From Oculina patagonica (Eukaryota): DNA of 64,000 bases. Where the stretch lies: assembly GCF_052425735.1 (NCBI RefSeq), contig NC_135762.1, forward strand, positions 5,332,001 to 5,396,000. Direction: 5' to 3'. Below are positions 24,601 through 35,600 of this stretch, one piece after another (the stretch's first letter is position 1; the number at the start of each line of letters is the position of its first letter). The notes under the pieces are model-generated. The model was not told the origin of the DNA. It saw only the letters and a program-made list of their open reading frames with translations, and did no database searches. Both the position numbers and the translations under genes were made by a program.

Positions 24601-27600
24601 ACGTCCATGTGCTTAATGCTTTGTATGGTTTTTAGGAAATTCCCATGGACTTTCTTCAGTAGCGTTCCTTTCTCACATGTAAATGGTATTTCCATACGAA
24701 GGATTATGAAGAAAGATATGTTATCTCTTATTCTTTGGAAAAAATCGGAACTTTACTTTTCTCTCAAAAGTTTTAGGGATTTCAAATTCTAGCGTGCGGT
24801 TTGGGACTGGCTCTAGTTAAGTGCGTGCAATATCATTTTTTTCAATTCAGTTTTCCTCCGCATCAAAAATTCACTGTTAAGCATTGCTGAACGCTACAAA
24901 ATAGATTGCCACCAAAAACCATCTTCAGAAATTCCTGAGCAACTGCTCTAGATTTGTAGTTAAGAAGAACCCCCTTAATCGCATACATGTACATGATTGT
25001 AGTGTTTCACCATACAAGCTCTAAAGATACACCTTGAACTATGGTTGACTTTTTACGTCCATAAAAATTATCTGCGTAGTACTGTACACAGAAACAAACA
25101 AAAGCAGCACTAGCATTTTCTACTCTGGGTCTCAAGACCCCTAATTGTTGCTTGTTTGTTAATGTGGTCCCAAAAGTTTCTTGGGAATCGTAGGCCCCTT
25201 CCCCCTCCCCTATGGGCTAAGGCTTACTAGGCTGCCCTGGCAGCTAGGACACTTCAAAAACTTGGTGTATTTTTATTGTTCAATCTTGCAGCTATTGCAA
25301 GGCTAATACATACTAGTTATGCAACGCTTTCGAGTGGTATACTATGGAATATCCCACGAGTCACTTGTATTTTCTCGGTATACACACGAGCCTTTAGGCG
25401 AGTGTGTATACGAAGAAAATACAAGTGACAAGTGGGATATTCCATAGTTTACCACGAGAAAGTGTTGTGTAACTATTTTATACCATGCCATAGAAATTAC
25501 GCTTACTAAATTTCATCGAGAATAAGATCGCAGCGCACGATGGGAAGGTTGGGTTGAATACCGTCGAATATACAACGGCTTTCCTGTATTCTGATTGGCT
25601 GTATTTTCTATGGCATGGTATAAAAAGAAATATTTAACAGGAGACAGCAAACAATGCACATGAAACAATTCTCTGAAAACTCCATTTGTTTAGCTAGAGA
25701 GAATATTGCTTGATTGCTGGGATACATTTTCAGATTTTTTGTAAACAACTAAATGTATAAATTCTTCTGCACATCAGTAATGAAAAATGTTAATGATTAA
25801 TATTATTGTGATCTCTTCCTTTGTTATGCAGCCAATCACAGCAGAGTATTACACATCCCAGATACTCAGATCACGGCAGACCATGTGACGTACCAGATGC
25901 TTCCATTGAAAACAATGCACAAGGTCTGGATGATGATGATGACGACGAGTCTGATCATAGCTTTGTTCCCAATGAGTCAGAACTGGAAAGTTTCTCAGAA
26001 GAAAGCAGCGAGGAGGAAGAGGAAGAGCATGACAGACCTGGAAGGCAGAAAATAGACCCTGATCTTACAACACCGGTGACTAGCAGGAGATCAAAAGGGA
26101 CGCCTAACATGACACCAAAAAAGACAAACTCTGCATCATCCAAAAGAACAAGAAGTAGGGAAAGGGTGAGTACTGACCAATGATTGCATCTTTTAGCTGC
26201 TACTTTGATCATTGATTTGCCAACAGTCTTCTAGTGGTATTTGGGATTAATTTGGTTTTCACTTGAGTGCAGTCAAAAGTGATTTGCATTCGCTTTGATC
26301 TTGCATAGTGGCTAGTTTAATAGAACACTTGTGCCAGTTTCTCAGCCAATCAGAAGTAAAACCAAAACCAATCATGATGAACTCACACACATTTTCTTGC
26401 ATTTCATACCAGTTACTGCCTCCTCCTCAGGCGCCTCGATTTTCTTTCTCCGACAAAGAACAAAGCGAGCGCGAAGCGCGAGTGACTGGTGCTGAGCGCG
26501 AAGCGCTCCTCCCTTGCGCGCCCATGTCCCCAAACTAGAGAGAGGCGTCTGGGTACGAGGCAGTACCAGTTACATGTACAAAATGTATTTGCTTCGAGTT
26601 TTGCTTGGATCACTGGATTGTTTGTGTCCTTTGTGATTACTTTGGTTTCGGTTTTACAACACTCAATTGAAAACTGCTTTATGTGCAGTTCAGATGTATT
26701 GAGTTGTGCAGTTTGAATGGCTGCTCAAGCTCTCGTGATTTTTTTATCTGAACTGTTGTGCAATACACAAAGAATACATACAACAGAACTTGGCCAATAT
26801 TCTTACCAGTCCCACCAACCACAGTGCAACAAGCTCTGCTGAGTCAGCTTTAGCCTGCGAGCAGGCTCTCTATCGGGGGCAACGTGACAATATATTCAAT
26901 TAATAATAATATATGCACGTTGCCCCAGAATAGAGAGCCTGCTCGCAGGCTAAGTCAGCTTACATGGCTGAAAGAACAACAAAAATATTTACAGAGCATC
27001 TGACGATTCCAGGATACCCAGCATTTTAAAAAATTGAACACCCCAGGTGTGGTACCAAAAGGGTGCAAGCAGCCGTACCCTCTGTCAAAGCCATATGGGG
27101 AAGTTCACCTCTATACCCCAGTGGTGGATCTAGGGAAGGGGCCTGGGCCGCCCAGGCCCCACCTTAATTTTAGGCCAAACTAAGGTGCGAAGGGAAAGGA
27201 AAAATTATTTACGAGAACAAGCCCCCTCCTTATTTCAGGGTTGGATGACCGGGGTCCCCACTTAACTAAATGTCTGGATCCAGCACTGTATCCACTCTCC
27301 CTCGCCTCATGCTTCATGCCTCTTCCCTCCTCCCCTCCCCCCCCCCCCAATCCAACCCTGTTGACTTATTTCACGTTTCATGTTTTCAGGCTCCAGATTC
27401 AAGTTCCCGCTACAACCTACGATCAAGAAGAAACACTCCCTCAGATATTCACAATGGCAGTTTCCTCAGCAATATGCCCTCGCCATCAAAGATGAGGGAG
27501 CTGATCAAAAATGTGCATCAGAGATCCAACAGGCGCTACACAGCAGTGATCCGATCACCAAGGAACAACAACACTGACAATACACCATTGTTCTCCTCTG

Positions 27601-27614
27601 ATGAAGAAAGCTAA
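21693..27614 (+). CDS. GEX1/Kar5/Brambleberry-family nuclear envelope fusion protein, 4 exons
   Basis: Exons 21693-22619, 24073-24293, 25832-26165, 27390-27614 (GT-AG, phases consistent). Signal peptide; Cys-rich domain CWKKAV..C...LAIDFTNCHMSKSGR...C...CT...YTTFFTHTANICFY; coiled coil; three TM segments; acidic/basic tail with RYNLRSRR. Confidence 0.85.
24360..24974. mobile_element. Kolobok-like MITE, TTAA TSD
   Basis: TTAA-GGGGGGTCCTTCTTAACTAC ... GTAGTTAAGAAGAACCCCC-TTAA. Confidence 0.75.
25313..25624. mobile_element. Double-hairpin non-autonomous element (Crypton-like by appearance)
   Basis: Two adjacent long palindromes: TAGTTATGCAACGCTTTC...GAAAGTGTTGTGTAACTA and TTTATACCATGCCATAGAAA...TTTCTATGGCATGGTATAAA. 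Confidence 0.55.
26416..26563. mobile_element. MITE, 9-bp TSD TACCAGTTA
   Basis: Termini CTGCCTC...GAGGCAG. TSD at 26407-26415 and 26564-26572. Confidence 0.8.
26851..26952. mobile_element. 102-bp hairpin MITE, 9-bp TSD AGTCAGCTT
   Basis: TIR TAGCCTGCGAGCAGGCTCTCTAT. TSD at 26842-26850 and 26953-26961. Confidence 0.9.
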
Positions 27615-29626
27615 ATATTCTGTTACACTTTTAATTGTTATTATTTGTGACTTGTACCTTAGCTTACCAAATGTAAGGATATTTTAAATGAAGAAACTTT
27701 TAAACTGATTAGAAAAGTTTCTATTTTCCTGAAAATTTTGCAAAGTTAGTCCGTTCAATTTTTTGTTTCTGTCTGTCTGTCTGTTTGATTGGGGATTTTT
27801 CTCCTGTTAGCCAGGCAAAAACTCATTATTACTCCAAATGTAATTTTACTAACTTTCGTTTTACATTCCTTGACTTATCAATTACCATCAAGTCCTACAT
27901 TTTTAAAGATTCTTTGATATTTATTCTTCCCTTTTCTCGACAAAATATGCGTGCAAAACTCAGTTAATTACGTTTTAGTTGCATGAATCTTTTCAAGTAT
28001 TAAATACGAAATTCGACAAAATTGAAAGGAATGAACAACCACTTATTTAATAGAAATTTTTACCATTTTGCCGTTACATACAACCAAAGGAATTTTTTTA
28101 TTTGAAATACATCTCCTTTCCTCATGTATATATACAGTTTACAGTGTAGTTAGAGCAGTTTTAATTCTTATTCAAATATTTTGTTGTACAACAGTATGTT
28201 TCATCATTAAACTTTTCTTAACTCTAAGGACTTCGCTTGGAGTTCGTACATTTCGATTGATTCCATAATAAATGGCTAATAGCCACAACGACAAAACTTT
28301 GTCACTGTTTTCTTTTATTTCAGCTAAAATAAAAACAACTGTTTCGTGTAAACGATATGGGAGAAAAACGACGAACTTTTTAAAAATATTTTTCAGGGCT
28401 CGAGACTAACTTTTTTGCTATCCAGCCTCTTGGCAAGTGACAGCTTTGATTTCAATAGCCAAAACCAATTTTCTACTAGCCAGGATTCTCAAGCTAACTT
28501 AGGTTTGAGCAAAGACATTTTGCCGTCTTCACTGGCTCTGGTATCATTAAATTAAGGGTTGATTTTAGTTACTTTTTGGTAATTTCAGCTTGTCCACAGT
28601 CTTTGATAATTTTAAACGTGACGACTGTGTACTTGTGAGTTCTGTTCGCTTGGAGTTGATTTTGATGTATGGTTTTCTTCCAATCGAATTCCTGAGATTT
28701 TACCTAGCCATTTGGGCTAGTGAAAGCCCAGAACCTTCCGGCCAAAACTGCAGTTCTGCTAGCCTGTGACTAGTTGGCTACCATAATTTGTACATATTTT
28801 GTTTTAATTTTGGGTAAAATCTAGACGGGGCAAGTGCTTCGTTTGCCTCTTGCTAGTTATGGCCCTGTACTTGAATTTTGGCACGCATGATTTTAATGTA
28901 ATAGAGTGATTTTACTAACCCGTAAAATATTTATTACACTTTTAGTTTTTGTTTAGTTTTGACTATTACGTACAAACTGATAGATATTGTTTCACGAATT
29001 AAATGAAATCACTCCAATTTTTCTTTCAGTTTTTCACAATTAAAACATTCCTAAACCTATTCTATGAAATGTATTGGACAGAAAATTGAGCCGAGAGGAA
29101 TTGAACGCTCGAAATCAGCGCGACGAAATTTTACAACCACGCGCGAAAGAGTACGGCTGCACGCGCTGTAAATTGCGTCTGTTTTATCTTCCTTCAACCC
29201 TCGGATGACGCCGGCCTAGTTAATAAAAATATCTGGTAAGAAATTGAACAAGTCCTAACTAAATTCTGGCATCTTAAAGGATTAGGGTTAAGTGGCCATC
29301 TATCACCGTCAGAACAAAACAACCTAAACGACAAAAACACCCGTCTTCAAAAAAGGCACTTCGTTCAACGGTTGACAATTTAATCACACTAATGAACACA
29401 AAGAATAGGATTTTAGTCCGATTGTTGACTTAATCTTTCGCCATTACTTTCGCCTTTTGTGTTTCTCCAAGCAACGCGTCAAAAGCAAAGATTAAATAGA
29501 ACAAACAGTATGCAAATTGTGTAACTTTTCTTTGAGGGAATGTAACCAAGGAATACAACAACTTTGGTAAACTGAATTTAACTTATACCGTGTGCGCGCG
29601 GTTTTGCAAAGCTTCTATTTTCTCAA

Positions 29627-32600
29627 ATGTCAGCCTTAACAGCAAATAACTCGCCATTTCATCTTCTCCTCCATGATGTCGGAAAGGAACTAAAGCTTAG
29701 CGATGTTCGTTACATGAAATATCTTCTACAAGGACACATTAATAAGGAGACATTAGAGCATCTCGATTCGGGACAGGAGCTCACGGAACTGCTCAGAAAA
29801 AGGGGCTTGGTGTCCGAAAAGAAACTCGCGTTTATGAGAAAACTTCTGGTAGAAGCCAAGTGTTTAAAGCAAGTCAACTTAGTGGACGAGTTCAGGGAGA
29901 AATTCACTTCAGTCACAATTATTGGTAAGTAATAAAACTTAATTGCCGTTCATCAATTGTGCGCGTACTTGATTTGTACCCTAGTGATTCACAAGGCTGG
30001 TTAACTTGATCCTACAGAATCAGTGCAACCTTTTTTTCTTCGCATTTTGTATCTGTTTTACAAGCCTGTATCACATGTGGATTTTTTTGTAGTGATTTTG
30101 TTTAGTTCATGTTTAATAAACATGAATTTCAATCAAAGAAGCCGGTGTTGCCAATGCATCACTTGACTTCCAAGCAAGAAAGGATCAAATCAAAATATTA
30201 ATTGCCCAATGATCATTTGATTTTTGGTTCTAAGAATCTAATGTGCAGCACTAAGACAATTCGCAAGTTAATTATAGTCCGACTGGCATCATATTGATGG
30301 TGTAAGGAAACTGAAATTTAATTTTCAACACTTAAAATGCTTGTTATATTAATTCGTGACTACCAATGTAATCTCGCTCAGACCAGTTAAGTGTTATGTT
30401 ATGTAGTAACACTGCAATAATCTTTTTTTCGTGCTTAGCCGAAGCCAAAATATGTTTAACACTACTTTGGCATGTTTTATTTGTTGTTATGTTGTTTGGA
30501 CTGAATTTACTTGATAGTAAATGAATTAAATCGTACGCAAAACTAGTTCAATCCTTGGAAACCAAGTTGCACAGAAAATTAAAGTGAGCTAGAGCGAATT
30601 GTACGAACTATAAATAAATATAATCTCGTGTAACATCGATTAACTCACGACGTCTCCGCTCGTTATATTTTTCTCTCGTCTGGCGCCATCTACCGCTGGT
30701 TTTGTGTGGGTGTATTTATGAGCGCTTTTGTTTGGGGATTAATAAGTTTACTTACGAGGACCTTCTAATCACTTACCGTCAATTGCAAAATTAGAAATGA
30801 TTTTTCTATCCTTCCAATCGACTTTGCACCCGACTTTTTAATTACTTGCAACTTGGTTCTCTTTTAAGACCTGGCCAAACGGTAACGCCAGCGGGCGCAA
30901 GTAATCGCACGTTGAGCTTGCGTACAGACTTGCGTTGGCTGGCCAAACGGTTAAAAACATGCGTTGACTTGCGTACAAATTTGATCTCGACCAAAGTCAA
31001 CGCAAGTCAACGCAAGTGCACGCAAGTCAACTTGCGCCCATTTGCGTCTCCGTTTGGCCAGGCCTTAAAACCCTGACCAAACAGCAACGCAAGTGGACGC
31101 AAGATGACTGGCGTGCACTTGCGTCTACTTGCGTCTCCGTTTAGCCAGGACTTGCGTGCGCTTGCGTTGACTTCATGTTGACTTGCGTACACTTGCGTTG
31201 ACTTGCGTTGACTTGCGTTCACTTTGGCCGTTTGGCCACCCATCGTAAGTCAACGCCTTTTTTGCAGCTTACTTCAAATACTGAATTGCACCTCGTAGCA
31301 TTTTAAATGATTTTTTGCAAACTTGCGTACACTTGCGACTGAACATGCGTGTCCGTTTGGTTACCCAAAGCAAGTCTACGCAAGTTGAACTTGCGACTAC
31401 TTGCGTCCACTTGCGTTTCCATTACACCAGTTCTTTAAAGTACGAAAGGGTTTCAATTTCATTATATAGTTGTACAAAAAAAGTCGTACCATCATTAACT
31501 AAGACTCTGTCCCATTCCTTTCTTTTTAGGTGAGCGGCAGCAGAGCGAGCGAGCCTCAAGATTGAACAACAGGCGTGAGACTCTACTGCGCATGATTGAG
31601 AGCGTGGAAAATGAAATTCGAACATGCGAGGACGCCGAGACAGAAATCACCAATCAGATTAAGGAATGTGAAGTGCAAATTCAGGCAAACAATGAGAATC
31701 TTGTCATTGTCGAGGAAACTATTCAGAATTTGAAAAACAACATTGTCGAATACGAGACCAAGATAGAATCGTTTGAGAGGAAACTGGAAACGGTTCGATT
31801 CTTCATGAAAAAGCGGCAAGTGGAGATGGATAAGATCAAGCAAAAACTCGACGAAAACCAAAGTAGTGCGTCGGTCAAGCGAGAATTGAAGGAGAAGCAA
31901 GAAGAACACGAAAAGACGAAAAAAGAAGAAGACGAGCTTATCGCGAAGCATCAGAACGCCTTGGACATGATTAGGACAACGCATGTCGAAATCAGACACA
32001 AGACTCAAGATATCATTGTGGTAGAAGATAACATTCACGACTTGCTGATGCAGATACGGCAACTGAAGCAGGGCACGAGGAAAAATCAGCGCACTTCAGC
32101 CGAGTTACAAGAGAAACTGGAAAATCTGTCTCTTGAACTTGAAGATACGAGGCGTTTGAAACCGCTGACGCCTTTCTCAAGACCAAGAAGTCAGTTTTCT
32201 TTAAATGGTAACCATGGTAACATCTCGAACGAGCCACACATTGCAAGGAGGCTGGAGTACAAGGTAGGGCCTTATAGGGAGGGGCGTAGTTCTCCATGGG
32301 CACATTTAGCGCATGTTGTGTGCCTTTTATTCACGTTTAATTCTATTACCTCTCTAGCTGTTCTTGTCACTGTACACAAGATAGAAAAGATGAGCGTTTA
32401 TTCGTTTTTCTCTCGATGGAATCGCTTTGAAGATTTTTCTATTCTTTAAACATTATTGCAAAGAATAACCTATGGATGTTGTCCTTCAGTAGCATGTTCA
32501 ATAAAAATGTTAAAAGTTCAACTGAGGCCTTACACTACTGTGTTAAAAAGTTTTAAAAAGTTTTAAGATCCAAGCTTTCGCCGATCTACGGCATCATCAG

Positions 32601-35600
32601 GGATAATAAGAAATATTCCGCGCGAGGCTTATATACAGATGTAAAATAAAACGCGAGAAAAGCGAAAGAATGTGGGCGGTAAATGTAAATGCTAAATAAT
32701 AAGATACACATATGAATAAAGATGAAAATGTGGTCTAACGAGCGAGTGTCAAAGTACAAAGAGTCTCTAGATATGTTAAAATAAGTATTCGAATAACAAG
32801 TCCGCGAATTCACTGCATTCTTCTCGTGAGTTGAGGGCAGGTTTGTAGTTCCGTATGTAAAAAGCTTCAAACAGTCGTAGATTTGCGGGGTCGTTTTCTA
32901 GTACAATGGTCTTGATTTCGATGCCTTTGTGGACTTTGTTTTGGCACTTTGAAATGTGTTTCTTCACGGAGGAATTGTAATTGTTCAGGTGTTCTCTTAC
33001 TCGATCGTGGATAAAGCGTGTAGTGCTCCCGATGTAGTATTGGTTGCAATTGTTACACGTGATTTGGTAAACAGCGTTGCGTAATAAGCACAATTTGGTG
33101 TTGGAGACAGGGCAGTAAGGCAGTTGGCCCTCGTGCATGTCCGTTCCGTGTGAATTCGCGGACTTGTTATTCTAATACTTAGGGACTGGTCAATAAGTAC
33201 CAGGGGGGGGGGGGGGGGGTGGTCCGGAGCAATTGGAAAAGTGGTGGCTTGAAAAATTGTGACCCACCCCTTTCTTCTGGCTCAAAACTGACTGACCCAC
33301 CCCTGATAGGGGATTGAAAATTACATGACCCACCCCCTTTGCTCAAAACGTTCATTATTCTGTAAGGGGTTGGAGGTTTTTGATTTGATATCGGCCTTTA
33401 AAGTGTGATTCCATACATACACCACCCTAATTTTCCTGATGGACACTGCTGGTTCCGGGTATACGACTTTTTCCATTTCTTAGCACACCAAAGAGGGAAA
33501 AATTTGGTATAGTCTTTTTTAAGTTTTCCACATATTTGTGTGCTAAGTCCATGAAAATTTAGACACAAACATATGCGAAAACTGGAACAGTACGTAACAT
33601 TAATTCATAAACAATTATTCAAAAAAATACAGAAATTGATAACAGAAACTATCTACAACCACTGTCAATAATAATATTCATAATTGCAAAATGTTTGAGA
33701 AAAGAGTTTACTGGTGAAAGCCAAAAGCACAGAGTGAATCTACGGAGGCTGAAGACAGACAGGCAAAACTGTAATCACAAGTCATCTAGGGGGGTCAGGG
33801 GGCATGCTCCCCCGGGAAATTTTTATATTTGGGCCTCCTGAAATCGCTAGAAAATCATTTAAAACTGCTCACTTCAAGAAATTTATCAAATTATACCGAT
33901 AAAAATAAGATGACCCACCCCCTTGTGTAGATCAAAACTACATAACCCACCCCTTTTCGAGGGCTCAAAAACTGATGACCCACCCCCTTTCTGCTCCGGC
34001 CCACCCCCCTCTACTTATAGACCAGTCCCCTTATTTTAACATATCTAGAGACTCTTTGTACTTTGACACTCGCTCGTTAGACCACATTTTCATCTTTATT
34101 CATATGTGTATCTAATTATTTAGCATTTACATTTACCGCCCACATTCTCGCTTTTCTCACGTTTTATTTTACATCTGTATATAAGCCTCGCGCGGAATAT
34201 TTCTTATTATCCCTGATGATGCCGTAGATCGGCGAAAGCTTGGATCTTAAAAATTTTTAAAACTTTTTAACACAGTAGTGTAAGGCCTCAGTTGAACTTT
34301 TAACATTTTTATTATTGCAAAGATATATTACTAAGAATTTTTTGAAATTTTTACTGATGTATTATTTGTTTTCCCTTTACCCGGCACAGTTTAGTGAAGA
34401 AAACTAATATGCTTCCTTATCACCTTGATAATATAATGTGAATATTTTTTCTGTTCCTGAAAGGTTCTTGACTATTGCGAGATCTCAGAACGAGAGTCAA
34501 CTGTGATTGGTCGAAAAGGAAAGCGCGCTTTTCCTACACAGTTCCAGTGCCCCACCAGTGTGGCAGTCGATAGAGGACTGGGAATTGTTTACGTTGCTGA
34601 TTATGGCAACGTGCGCATTCAAATCTTGGACGTGAATGGTAACATGGCGCGGGAACCACTCGTTTTAGGCGGGAAATGTCGGCCATGCGCCTTGGCGGTT
34701 AGTTTGCGAGGAGACCTGGTGATGACTGACTCCCAGATTTTACGGGTGTTTAACAAAAAGGGTAAGTTGAATTCTATGTATAAGTTGTTACGATCATTAA
34801 AATCAAACAAGTGGATTTGCATTTGATATTCTCGCTTCATGCAATTGCACTAGCCGCTTGAAACGAGCATACGGGTTAATACCACACGTTCGAAATTGAA
34901 ACCAATTTAATTTCTTGGACATGAGTGGCTGACATTATCATCATCGTCATCATCATCATCATTATCACCATCATTGTTATCTAAAAGGGTTTAAAAATGT
35001 TTTCAAACTCGGAGCGCAAATAAAATTTAAAAGCGTGAAATATTTCGTCTGATATCATCCAGACTTCATCAGTCACTGAGGTGGTGTTTTCTAAGATGAA
35101 TGTTAAGAAGACATTTCACTGCCTCGGGGGAGTTAAAATTCTGTCATAAATTGGAGCTAATTCAAAACCATTGTCTCTATTTAACAAAGGTTTTCTGAGT
35201 TTTATCTCAATGGCCTCTTTTACCCGGCGTTTAAAGGTGTTGATTTCGGTGGCTAACACTTTTGTCTTGCTTGTGTCTACCGAGTGGCCCTCCAGTCGAC
35301 AATGTTCATGAATGGCTGACGAGTTCCTCGACTGATGTTCTTTCATTCTGGTTTCCAGTAAACGGGACGTTTCGCCAACGTACTCCTTGTTGCACTGTTC
35401 ACATTGAACCTGGTACACAGTTCCGCATTTCTTTAGATTGGACGTTTTGTCTTTGACATGTACCAATTGCGACCTCAGGGAATTTACGGGTTTATGAATA
35501 AGTGTGACCTCGTGTGACTTAAACGCTCTTTGAAGGCGTTCAGAAATTCCTTTGATGTATGGCGCTGAAGCGTAGATTTTCTTCTCGTTTTCGGGCTCTT

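Larger units (their letters stand above)
32465..34313. mobile_element. Penelope-like element 1: GIY-YIG 3' fragment (minus strand) with inverted pLTR
   Basis: ORF 32776-33138(-) reads [29 protein letters not shown]...[14 protein letters not shown]. Arms at 32500-32813 and 33150-33181 + 34030-34313. 35-nt tail at 32465-32499. TSD ATTATTGCAAAGA at 32452-32464 and 34311-34323. Confidence 0.9.

Noticed and set aside
8618-28867. Inverted ~75-bp hAT-like ends (CAGGGCCGTAACTAGC at 8618 and 13145, reverse complement ending at 28867) as a giant composite transposon carrying the LURP-like and GEX1 genes
   Set aside because: The flanks do not form a TSD (TGTGTCTG vs TACTTGAA). Independent truncated copies of one MITE family are the simpler explanation.
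30868-31425. CRISPR-like array of ACTTGCGT repeats
   Set aside because: Short irregular subterminal repeats of a eukaryotic MITE, with no unique spacers and no cas genes.
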